A stretch of 34,885 nucleotides of DNA from Nitrospirota bacterium (GCA_004298625.1 SCSY01000159.1:1-34885), one strand, 5' to 3'; shown: positions 16,635-24,922, counted from the stretch's first letter. The notes: generated by a model from the letters alone, not told the origin. A program made the numbers and translations.

Positions 16635-17126
16635 ATGAAAAGATTCCATGTGATTTTTTTTGCATTGGTTCTCTCTGTGATATTGGCAGCGCCTGCCGTT
16701 TATGCGGCAGACGATATGGCGGCAAAGCTTAATGCAGCGCTTATGAAGGCTCCTTCCGAAGGGCACTGGCAGATTAAGACAGCCGACGTAGCGAAGATGG
16801 TAACTGAAAAGAAGACCGATTTTTTAGTAGTTGACGTCAGGCCTACTCCTCCGGGGCAGATGGGCGGCAAGATTCCCGGTTCTATTTATATTCCTTACAA
16901 TGAAATCCTGAAGCCTGAAAACCTGAAGAAACTCCCGAAGGACAAGAAAGTCATACTGGTATGCGTAACGGGACAGACTCAGAATCTGCCGATACTTGCG
17001 CTCAGGGCGCTTGGGTATAAGGCATATACCATGACCTTCGGCATGTCTTCATGGATAAAAGGTTACATGGGCGCCAAGTTTATGCAGGACGCCATAAGCG
17101 GAGCTAATTATCCGGTTGAGAAGTAA
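16635..17126 (+). CDS. Secreted single-domain rhodanese (sulfurtransferase)
   Basis: Sec signal MKRFHVIFFALVLSVILAAPAVYA-AD. Active-site loop CVTGQTQ. FLVVDVRP. Confidence 0.8.
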   Translation: MKRFHVIFFALVLSVILAAPAVYAADDMAAKLNAALMKAPSEGHWQIKTADVAKMVTEKKTDFLVVDVRPTPPGQMGGKIPGSIYIPYNEILKPENLKKLPKDKKVILVCVTGQTQNLPILALRALGYKAYTMTFGMSSWIKGYMGAKFMQDAISGANYPVEK

Positions 17127-17158
17127 TACATTATAAACGGGGTAATGTTAAGTTCTTC

Positions 17159-17187
17159 AAGGGGCGTCAATGACGCCCCTTAATTTT
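17159..17187 (+). terminator. Rho-independent terminator after the rhodanese gene
   Basis: AAGGGGCGTC aat GACGCCCCTT followed by AATTTTA. Confidence 0.7.
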
Positions 17188-17192
17188 ATATA

Positions 17193-18905
17193 ATGATGAA
17201 TGACGCCGATCGCGGCTTGATTAAGAAATATTACGTCTTTATTTTTTCGATCCTCACACTCCTGACATTTGTCGCTCTTTTTTTGTTAAGGTCTCTGGAC
17301 GACAACAGACTTACAAGCTGGCAGTGGGTATTTGCAGGCGCAGACGCCTCAAAGGTTTTTTTAATCCTCATCCCCGGCATCCTATCCGCCTATATATTTT
17401 CAAAGGTCTCATTCTTGGAACGTTATCTCGTAGAGTCGAGTCTGCGACCCGCAGTATTTCTCTTTTTGTTTTCCTATCTTATTACAATTTTTTTCTGGAG
17501 AGAGCCTGAGGTAATTGTGGACGCCTCGAGGTATTTTACCCAGGCCAAGCATCTTGAAGTTTACGGCGTCGGGTATTTCTTCAGGGAATGGGGCAGGGAT
17601 ATCATGGCGTGGACCGATATGCCGCTTATCCCCTTTCTTTACGGCCTGATATTTAAATTTTTTGGAGAATCGAGATTATACATACAGATGTTTACAACGT
17701 TCCTTTTCTCTGTGACGGTTGTCCTTACCTACATGATCGGGAAAGCTCTCTGGAACGAAGATATCGGCTTATACGGAGGAATGCTCCTTCTCGGAATTCC
17801 ATACCTATTTACTCAGGTTCCGCTTATGCTCGTTGATGTTCCTGCAATGTTTTTTCTCATGCTCGCAGTTTTTTCGACTATAAGAGCTCTGGACAGGGGA
17901 GGATGGTTTATCGGACTCGCATCTGTCGCTATATTCCTTGCCTTTTTTTCCAAATATTCGGCATGGCTGATGCTCTCGGTTCTGGCTGCGATCTTTTTTG
18001 TGTATATTAAAAATAACCGCGCAACTTTTAATAGGGCTGCGTTAGTTGTTTTGATTTCCGGCCCGTTGATAGGCATAGTGTTTTTATTTAAATACGAAGT
18101 CTTTTCAGAGCAGATAAGGCTTCTGATGAGCTATCAGAAACCAGGGCTGAAAAGATGGGGTGAAAGTTTTATCTCAACCTTTTTTTTCCAGATACATCCA
18201 TTTATTACTGCGGCCGCATTATACTCGGCATACGCTGCTTTAAGAAAAAAGGATTTAAAATATTTAATCATAATCTGGCTTGTTTTGCTCACAGTTGCGC
18301 TTCGGATAAAGCGCATACGTTACATAATCATGGTTTTTCCTATGCTGAGCCTGATGGCTGCTTATGGGCTTGCGCAGATCGGGAAGAAAGAAGCTGTGAG
18401 ATTTATTTCACTCTGCATTGTAGTCTTCTCGGTTGTCGTGGGTCTTTTGGGTTATCTGCCGCTTATGCAGAAAATGAGCGCCGTGAATCTCAGAGCTGCG
18501 GGTCGTTTCCTGGATTCGGTGAAAGGGCCGGATGTCAGAGTCTTTGCGCTTTTGCCTGAGGAACCTGAAGTCAACACTGCTGTTGCCGTGCCTGTTCTGG
18601 ACCTTTTTACGAAAAAAAATATCATCTATGACTATAAAGATATTTATCATCAGCCGTCTGAAAAAATTAAAAAGTCTTCTTTGAGGTTTACATGGGAATA
18701 CAAAAACCCTGAATATTATGCCGGCGATAAACATTCCAAAGAGACTGCGGCAGTAGTGATAATATCAGATGATGCGAAGGACGTTGTTCCCGAAAATATT
18801 AAGAGGCAGTTATCAGGGCATCGGCTCTCGGAGGTATTTAATATATCCGAAGGGATATTTCGTTATAGAACCGGGGTAAGAATATATCAACCCGACGGAG
18901 ATTGA
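17193..18905 (+). CDS. Polytopic membrane glycosyltransferase, GT39 / ArnT (PMT_2)-like
   Basis: 570 aa with more than 10 hydrophobic helices and a soluble C-terminal ~130 aa. The N-terminal loop and helix layout resembles 4-amino-L-arabinose / mannosyl transferases. Family call by architecture only. Confidence 0.5.
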   Translation: MMNDADRGLIKKYYVFIFSILTLLTFVALFLLRSLDDNRLTSWQWVFAGADASKVFLILIPGILSAYIFSKVSFLERYLVESSLRPAVFLFLFSYLITIFFWREPEVIVDASRYFTQAKHLEVYGVGYFFREWGRDIMAWTDMPLIPFLYGLIFKFFGESRLYIQMFTTFLFSVTVVLTYMIGKALWNEDIGLYGGMLLLGIPYLFTQVPLMLVDVPAMFFLMLAVFSTIRALDRGGWFIGLASVAIFLAFFSKYSAWLMLSVLAAIFFVYIKNNRATFNRAALVVLISGPLIGIVFLFKYEVFSEQIRLLMSYQKPGLKRWGESFISTFFFQIHPFITAAALYSAYAALRKKDLKYLIIIWLVLLTVALRIKRIRYIIMVFPMLSLMAAYGLAQIGKKEAVRFISLCIVVFSVVVGLLGYLPLMQKMSAVNLRAAGRFLDSVKGPDVRVFALLPEEPEVNTAVAVPVLDLFTKKNIIYDYKDIYHQPSEKIKKSSLRFTWEYKNPEYYAGDKHSKETAAVVIISDDAKDVVPENIKRQLSGHRLSEVFNISEGIFRYRTGVRIYQPDGD

Positions 18906-19196
18906 GCATAAAGTTCGGCAGTTTGAGGGGCAATTTAAAGGTTTTTATAAGCCGATAAAAAGCTTAAATCTAAAATTATAGTTTTAGCTTGATTTTTGAT
19001 TACATTTTTGTGTATATATACATGCACAAATATAGGTTTGGAAACGGCATATTGCTTGAAAAGTTCAGATGCAAAATTAAGATACGGCATTTAACTGAAT
19101 AAATTTTGTCCGGAAAGGGGGAGGTAATTATAGCCAAGTAAAATCTTCGGATAACATTTTGCCTTTTATAAATATAAAAAAGGAGGTAAAAAAGCT

Positions 19197-20654
19197 GTGG
19201 AAACAACGGTAGATACGTCGGAAAAAAAGAATCAGATATGGGCCTTTATAATTACGGGCGCCATGCTCCTCATCAGTCTCATGTACTACAAGGCCAGTCC
19301 ATATTATATGTATATTGTGGTATATGTCTGGTTTGGATTTGCTTATGGTATGATGCTTCAGTATGGAAGGTTTTGTTTTGCCTCTGCTTCGAGGGACCTT
19401 TTTGCTGCGGGTGTTCCCCGAATGGCGGTAGGCGTTCTTGTTGCCCTGATGTTTTTCAGCCTTATTCAAGCAACTCTCTCCTCGACCAACATGAGCACGT
19501 TCCATCCTGCGCCGTTCGGGATACATACGCTCATAGCAGGCCTGATCTTCGGCGTTGGAATGGTCCTTTCAGGAGGCTGCGCATCAGGCTCTCTCTACAA
19601 GATAGGCGAGGGTAATATGACTTCCTTCCTGGCTGCATTCTTTGGTCTCTGCATCGGTCAGGCAATATTCGTGGACGTCAAATGGTTTGATTTCCTTATC
19701 CCTCAGAAATGGGTTGATTCGGCAATGGCAAAGGGACTTCCTGCCGAGGTAATGACTTCGTCTTTCGACAAATATCTTGCAGGCTATATCTGGGATCAGC
19801 CGTCTATTCAGTTATCTCACACAAAGGCTGTATCCGAGGCATTGCCCGGAATATCCAGGTATTTTATAGCCGATTCACTGCTTAATACCCTGATACCTGC
19901 AATGGTAGTTCTTATCGTGATCTACTACTTCTACAGCAGGAAAGGGTTTATGAAGAAAAGGGCCAAGGTAAAAAGCGGCCCAACCGGCTTCGGCGATGAG
20001 GCTGCAGGTTTATGGAATATGATAACCGCATCAAAGAGAACGACTATTATGGGCGTAATAATCGGCATGGTGGCAGGACTGCACATATTTGTAATAAAAG
20101 GGATGCAGATTAAATACGGCGTTACAAATTTTGGACAGGTGCTGACAAGGATGAATAATGCCGGTGACATAACGCTCAAGGCAGGTGAGGTAGGGATCAA
20201 GGGCACAATCTTTGATCCGGGATACTGGTATATTACCAGCCAAGAGGGACAGCTCGGAGCCTGGATCCTTGAAAAATTCGGCTGGAATATGAGAGATAAT
20301 ATATTCTTTGGAGTAAATAACGGTCTTCCGGAACCATGGCGCAATCCAGCCCTCTGGATGTCTCTCGGCATTATTTTTGGGGCAATGGTAATGGCAAGGC
20401 TGAATAACGAATACAAGTTCAAGCTGCCTAAAGGAGAGCTTATTGTTTGGGGTCTTCTCGGCGGAATATTAATGGGCTGGGGTTCGAGGCCTGCGCTCGG
20501 CTGCAATATCGGAGCATTCTTTATAAGAGTCGCCGGCGGGGACCCGAGCGGCTGGTTATATGGCACAGGCATGGTCGGCGGAGCCTTTGTCGGAGTAAAG
20601 TTTTTCAACTGGTGGTCCGAGAGAAAGATGGCAAAGGAAATGGAATCGTTTTAA
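19197..20654 (+). CDS. YeeE/YedE-family sulfur (thiosulfate) transporter, long two-half form
   Basis: GTG start after AGGAGG. Conserved half-site motifs GGCASGSLY and LGCNIGAF. Polytopic. 485 aa because of extra loops between the halves. Confidence 0.8.
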   Translation: METTVDTSEKKNQIWAFIITGAMLLISLMYYKASPYYMYIVVYVWFGFAYGMMLQYGRFCFASASRDLFAAGVPRMAVGVLVALMFFSLIQATLSSTNMSTFHPAPFGIHTLIAGLIFGVGMVLSGGCASGSLYKIGEGNMTSFLAAFFGLCIGQAIFVDVKWFDFLIPQKWVDSAMAKGLPAEVMTSSFDKYLAGYIWDQPSIQLSHTKAVSEALPGISRYFIADSLLNTLIPAMVVLIVIYYFYSRKGFMKKRAKVKSGPTGFGDEAAGLWNMITASKRTTIMGVIIGMVAGLHIFVIKGMQIKYGVTNFGQVLTRMNNAGDITLKAGEVGIKGTIFDPGYWYITSQEGQLGAWILEKFGWNMRDNIFFGVNNGLPEPWRNPALWMSLGIIFGAMVMARLNNEYKFKLPKGELIVWGLLGGILMGWGSRPALGCNIGAFFIRVAGGDPSGWLYGTGMVGGAFVGVKFFNWWSERKMAKEMESF

Positions 20655-20696
20655 AAATTAAAAATTTAAAATTAAACACTAAGGAGGAATTTAATC

Positions 20697-20948
20697 ATGG
20701 CTATGAAGTTTGAAAAAACAGGTGAAGGAAAGTATATGCTGGATGTGTGCGGGTATGTATGCCCCCATCCTCAGATATATACCAAAAAGTCCCTTGAAAA
20801 GATGAGCGAAGGCGACGTTGTTTTAATAGTGCTCGATAACCCGTCGTCGGTCGAAACAATAGTTCAGATGTGCGATCAGGTAGGGCATGAGGTATTGGAG
20901 AGGAAAACCGAGGGCGGCAAAATACACATGACAATCAAAAAGGGATAA
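20697..20948 (+). CDS. tusA: TusA/SirA-family sulfur carrier
   Basis: AAGGAGG RBS. LDVCGYVCPHPQ is the CP.P active-site motif. 83 aa. Confidence 0.8.
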   Translation: MAMKFEKTGEGKYMLDVCGYVCPHPQIYTKKSLEKMSEGDVVLIVLDNPSSVETIVQMCDQVGHEVLERKTEGGKIHMTIKKG

Positions 20949-20980
20949 ATTTTTCCCTTTATTAAATTGAGGAGGGCTAA

Positions 20981-21262
20981 ATGAAAACACCTCTGGTGAT
21001 TATAATCGTAGTTGTTGTTGCTATGCTTGGTTTTTTGACCATCTACAGCCAGCAGCATGACATGACTGCGCAGGAACAGGGACACGGAGGAGCAGCAGGA
21101 GGTTATGGGACTTCTGCGCCGGCATCCGGCGGGTATGGAACTACTGCACCCGCAGCAGGCGGATATGGGGCTTCTGCCCCTGCAGCAGGAGGTTATGGGG
21201 CTTCCGCGCCGGCATCCGGTGGGTATGGAGCAGCGCCCGCGGCAGGCGGATATGGCAAATAA
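20981..21262 (+). CDS. Small signal/anchor protein with Gly-Tyr-Ala-Pro decapeptide repeats
   Basis: GAGGAGGG RBS. Hydrophobic N-terminus MKTPLVIIIVVVVAMLGFLTIY, then six copies of A[AS]GGYG[AT][ST]AP. Confidence 0.6.
   Translation: MKTPLVIIIVVVVAMLGFLTIYSQQHDMTAQEQGHGGAAGGYGTSAPASGGYGTTAPAAGGYGASAPAAGGYGASAPASGGYGAAPAAGGYGK
21092..21259 (+). repeat. 30-nt coding tandem repeat organised as a 90-nt super-repeat x2
   Basis: Units R1-R6. R1 resembles R4 (GCAGCAGGAGGTTATGGG), R2 resembles R5 (GCATCCGGYGGGTATGGA), and R3 resembles R6 (GCRGCAGGCGGATATGG). Confidence 0.85.
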
Positions 21263-21301
21263 AAATTCATACAGCGACTAAAAAAAATAGCAGGTGAGAA
21301 A

Positions 21302-21766
21302 ATGAAAAAGATATTGATTGCAGTAGATGATACAAAAGGCACTAAAAATGCTTTTAATGTTTGCACCGATATGTGTTCATGTGTTCGACCCGAAGCTGTT
21401 TTGCTGGTTTATGTTGAAAAACTTGAGGGCAGATCCCTGATGGACGATGCGCTGCTGAGTGTTTCAGAAATGAATACCTTGAAGGAAGTGCTGGAAGGCA
21501 CGGAATACCAGGCGGGATTGGATAAAAAAGCGCAGGCAGTTCTGGGGTATTACAAAAAAGCGCTGGAAGATAAAGGCGTAGCCGGAGTTAAGACCCTGGT
21601 CAGAAAAGGGCATCCTGCCGAAGAAATACTTGCAGCTGCAAAGGAAGAGAAGGCCGATATGATTATCATCGGTTCGAGGGGCAAGAGGGTTTCCCATCTT
21701 TTTATGGGAAGCGTCAGCAGGGAGGTCGCAAATAGCGCAGAGATTCCTGTATTGCTTGTCAAGTAA
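21302..21766 (+). CDS. Universal stress protein (UspA family)
   Basis: KKILIAVDDT and IIIGSRGKRVSHLFMGSVSREVANSAEIPVLLVK. Confidence 0.85.
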   Translation: MKKILIAVDDTKGTKNAFNVCTDMCSCVRPEAVLLVYVEKLEGRSLMDDALLSVSEMNTLKEVLEGTEYQAGLDKKAQAVLGYYKKALEDKGVAGVKTLVRKGHPAEEILAAAKEEKADMIIIGSRGKRVSHLFMGSVSREVANSAEIPVLLVK

Positions 21767-21797
21767 CTTTAAAATGTAGCGGGATTTATATTACAAT

Positions 21798-21835
21798 ATA
21801 TACCCTGCGGTTATGCCGCAGGGTATATTGTTTAT
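21798..21835 (+). terminator. Rho-independent terminator after usp
   Basis: ATATACCCTGCGG ttatg CCGCAGGGTATAT followed by TGTTTAT. Confidence 0.7.
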
Positions 21836-21894
21836 GACTATAAAAAATGCGTATTTTTTGCTTATCTTCGGGCTTGCCCTCATAGATAAAGCTG

Positions 21895-23295
21895 GTGAAA
21901 AACTTGACCGATTCTGAAAATCAAATCCTTATACTCGGCGGGGGACTCACAGGGCTTTCAGCCGGATATGTCCTTACAGGCTCGGGGTTCCGCGTCAAAG
22001 TGTTCGAGAGGGACGATGCAGTCGGCGGACTTTCAAAGACTATTATCCATAACGGCTTTCGTTTTGATTTAGGCGGGCACAGATTTTTTACAAAAGATAA
22101 TAAAGTAAATGATTTCGTGAAAAGCCTGATGGATGAAGAACTGATTGAGGTTGCGCGCAAAAGTAAGATTTATATGCGCAACAGGTATTTCGATTATCCG
22201 CTTAAACCCGTAAATGCCATATTCGGTATGGGCCTCCCGACTACACTTAAGATTATATCCGACTATGGCCTTGAGAAGATTAAAAAACTCATAAAAGAGC
22301 CGGATAATATTTCTCTCGAAGACTGGGTAGTCGGTAATTTCGGCCGCAAGATGTTTGACATCTATTTCAAGGAATACAGCGAAAAGGTGTGGGGCATCAA
22401 CTGCGACAGGATTAGCTCTGAATGGGTGGAGCAGCGCATAAGAGGGCTTTCCCTTGCAAAGGCCGTTAAGAACGCCTTTTTCAAGGTGAATGGGAAAGAT
22501 GTGCCGACACTTGCCGACAGGTTTCTATATCCGCAACTGGGCATAGGGCGCATTTCCGACAGGTTGAGGGAGGAGATAGACAGGCACAATGATGTGTTTA
22601 CCGGCACAGGCGTGAAATGTATTAACCACTCTGATTACAGGATAGAGGGCATTGAGGTTGGAAACCCGTTGCATTCCGGTGTAATACATGGAAGGGAAAT
22701 TATATCAAGCATACCAATGAATAAGCTGGTCCTGATGCTTAATCCGTCTCCGCCTGAGGATATTCTCGATGCAGCTTTAAAACTGAAGTTCAGGGATATT
22801 GTCATAGTGACGGTAATGATTGACAGAGAAAGAGTTACGGATCAGACATGGATATATGTCCCTGAAAAGAAGATACCTTTCGGCAGGATCCACGAGCCTA
22901 CGAACTGGAGCAGGAAGATGGCCCCCGAAGGCAAGACGCTTATCGTGACGGAGTTTTTCAGCTTTAAAGGCGACGGGATATGGAATGAGAACGATGAACG
23001 GCTCGTTGCTGTTACTGTTGAGAATCTGGAAAAACTTGGATTTATTAAGAAGCATGAGGTGATAGACAGCGCCGTGGTAAGGGTGCCCGGGGCCTATCCT
23101 TTGTTTGAGGTGGGATATAAAGAATTGTGCGATAAATTATATGATTATTTAAGCAGGTTCGGGAATCTCCATATCGCGGGCAGGGGTGGGATGTTCAGAT
23201 ACTATAATATGGACCATGCGATTGAGTCCGGGATAAAGGCGGCGGAGAAAATTTTAATCAAGGCTGACAGCTATCAGCTATCAGCTATCAGCTAA
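21895..23295 (+). CDS. FAD/NAD(P)-dependent oxidoreductase (amine-oxidase / UDP-galactopyranose-mutase-like fold)
   Basis: GTG start. Dinucleotide fold ILILGGGLTGLSAGYVL..VKVFERDDAVGGL. FDLGGHRFF. Confidence 0.7.
   Translation: MKNLTDSENQILILGGGLTGLSAGYVLTGSGFRVKVFERDDAVGGLSKTIIHNGFRFDLGGHRFFTKDNKVNDFVKSLMDEELIEVARKSKIYMRNRYFDYPLKPVNAIFGMGLPTTLKIISDYGLEKIKKLIKEPDNISLEDWVVGNFGRKMFDIYFKEYSEKVWGINCDRISSEWVEQRIRGLSLAKAVKNAFFKVNGKDVPTLADRFLYPQLGIGRISDRLREEIDRHNDVFTGTGVKCINHSDYRIEGIEVGNPLHSGVIHGREIISSIPMNKLVLMLNPSPPEDILDAALKLKFRDIVIVTVMIDRERVTDQTWIYVPEKKIPFGRIHEPTNWSRKMAPEGKTLIVTEFFSFKGDGIWNENDERLVAVTVENLEKLGFIKKHEVIDSAVVRVPGAYPLFEVGYKELCDKLYDYLSRFGNLHIAGRGGMFRYYNMDHAIESGIKAAEKILIKADSYQLSAIS
23266..23293 (+). 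repeat. Heptamer array (G/A)(A/T)CAGCT x4 forming the last codons and the stop of the oxidoreductase
   Basis: GACAGCT ATCAGCT ATCAGCT ATCAGCT, with TAA at 23293-23295. Encodes the tail SYQLSAIS. The next ATG is at 23298. Confidence 0.8.
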
Positions 23296-23297
23296 AA

Positions 23298-24791
23298 ATG
23301 AGATGCGCGTTAGTAATCCCCTCATGGGTTCCTGAAGATATATTCTCTTCAAAGACGGCAAGCTCGCAGATTAATTACTGGCAGCCGTTGGGCACGCTAT
23401 ACGTTGCCGCTGTGCTTCAGAGGGCCGGGCACGAGGTTAAATTCCTAAACGGCGCATTTATTACCCACGATGAAATACTCAGAGAAATAAAAAAATTCAA
23501 ACCGGAATTTATCGGTATTTATTCAACAACCTTCGGCTGGCAAAAGGCAAAGCAGACCGCAGAAGATATAAGGAAATTAACCCCACCGGTACTCCCCTTA
23601 TCTAAGGGGAGGAGCAAGGAGGGGTTGCCATTTATATGCGCAGGAGGCCCTTATCCTATTGCAGTGCAGGAGCGTTGTCTTGAGGACGCCGGAGAATGTT
23701 TTGATGCCATAGTTACAGGAGAAGGCGAGTTCACATCTCTTGAAATAATAGAGCGGCTTCAAGCCGGTAAAAACCTTGATGGAGTCCCGGGCGTTGTTTA
23801 TAGGGAAAATGGAAAGATCATTAAAAATCCGCAAAGACCATTAATCGCTGATCTCGACTCACTGCCGTTTCCAGCAAGAGAGCTTCTGGGCGACGCTGAT
23901 TTATACATACCGCCGCCTGCGACATATAAGAGAAAACCCGTAGCGGTCTTGATGACATCCAGAGGCTGCAACAGGAGATGCATATATTGCTTCCAGATAG
24001 ACAAAGAGAGAAAAAGCGGCGTCAGATACCGCAGCGTCGAAAACGTGTTGAAAGAAATAGAGCTTTGCATTGCGCAGGGCTACAGGGAGATAAAATTCAT
24101 AGATGACACGCTGGCTGCCGATTATGACCGGGCGATGAGCATAGCTCAGGAGATAAAAAAGAGAAGACTTGATTTCACATGGTTTGCATCTGCGTGTGTG
24201 AATCAGGTTGACAGGCCGCTTCTTCAGGCATTCAAAGACGCCGGGTGCTGGGCCATACTTTTTGGAGCAGAAAGCGGGGTGCAAAAAAACCTTAATGCGA
24301 TAAAAAAAGGCACAACCCTTGAACAGATTCAAAAGGCTGTAAAGGCAGCCAAGGATGTCGGACTCAAGGTCAGCGCTCCTTTTATGTTCGGCATTCCCGG
24401 AGAGACATTTGAGGAAGGGCTTCAGACTATCGAATTTGCCGTAGACCTTAACCCTGATATGGCAAACTTTCATGCCATAACCCCATTCCCCGGCACATAC
24501 CTATACGACAATCTCGATAAATACGGAACCATATCAAATGAGCTCACGGACTATACATATCAGGGCGCTGCATTTATTCCGCATACCATGACAAGGGATG
24601 AAATCCTTAAACTCAGGCAGATAGCATTTAAGAGATTCTATTCCCGACCGTCGTTCATCCTTAAAAAACTTCTTGAACTAAGGAGCCTGAATGATCTCCT
24701 TGTTGCAGCCAAAAGCGCGAAGAGCCTGTTCTGGCTGTGGACAAAGACGGGTCTGTTCAGGAAGAAAAAAATTCCAACCCGCACAGGCTAA
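23298..24791 (+). CDS. B12-binding-domain radical SAM enzyme
   Basis: N-terminal cobalamin-domain layout (IGIYSTTF.., ICAGGPYP). Radical SAM CNRRCIYC. 497 aa. Confidence 0.85.
   Translation: MRCALVIPSWVPEDIFSSKTASSQINYWQPLGTLYVAAVLQRAGHEVKFLNGAFITHDEILREIKKFKPEFIGIYSTTFGWQKAKQTAEDIRKLTPPVLPLSKGRSKEGLPFICAGGPYPIAVQERCLEDAGECFDAIVTGEGEFTSLEIIERLQAGKNLDGVPGVVYRENGKIIKNPQRPLIADLDSLPFPARELLGDADLYIPPPATYKRKPVAVLMTSRGCNRRCIYCFQIDKERKSGVRYRSVENVLKEIELCIAQGYREIKFIDDTLAADYDRAMSIAQEIKKRRLDFTWFASACVNQVDRPLLQAFKDAGCWAILFGAESGVQKNLNAIKKGTTLEQIQKAVKAAKDVGLKVSAPFMFGIPGETFEEGLQTIEFAVDLNPDMANFHAITPFPGTYLYDNLDKYGTISNELTDYTYQGAAFIPHTMTRDEILKLRQIAFKRFYSRPSFILKKLLELRSLNDLLVAAKSAKSLFWLWTKTGLFRKKKIPTRTG
23579..23626 (+). 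repeat. In-frame GC-rich nested palindrome (48 nt)
   Basis: AACCCC accggta CTCCCCTTA tc TAAGGGGAG gagcaagga GGGGTT. Translated TPPVLPLSKGRSKEGL. Confidence 0.85.
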
Positions 24792-24847
24792 CCTAATTTT
24801 ATTGCCTCCGTCATATTAAGACAATATAACTTTCATATTTATCAGCC

Positions 24848-24876
24848 TTGACAAGCGGGCATGGGATTGATAGCAT
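24848..24876 (+). promoter_or_regulatory. Candidate sigma70-type promoter upstream of the HPF-CSD gene
   Basis: TTGACA (24848-24853), 17-nt spacer, TAGCAT (24871-24876), about 45 nt before the RBS. Confidence 0.4.
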
Positions 24877-24922
24877 GAGACTATGGATATGAAGACAATC
24901 TATTTTTTAAGGAGACGATGAT

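Noticed and set aside
19038-19056. Possible sigma-54 promoter (TGGAAACGGCATATTGCTT) upstream of yeeE
   Set aside because: The GG-to-GC spacing is two bases longer than in the TGGCAC-N5-TTGC consensus, and the -24 element is TGGAAA.
19931-20608. 225-aa minus-strand ORF
   Set aside because: It is antisense to the YeeE/YedE gene, which carries the family Cys motifs. Pro/Ser-rich, with no start context.
23901-24473. 190-aa minus-strand ORF
   Set aside because: It is antisense to the B12 radical SAM gene and has no motifs or RBS.
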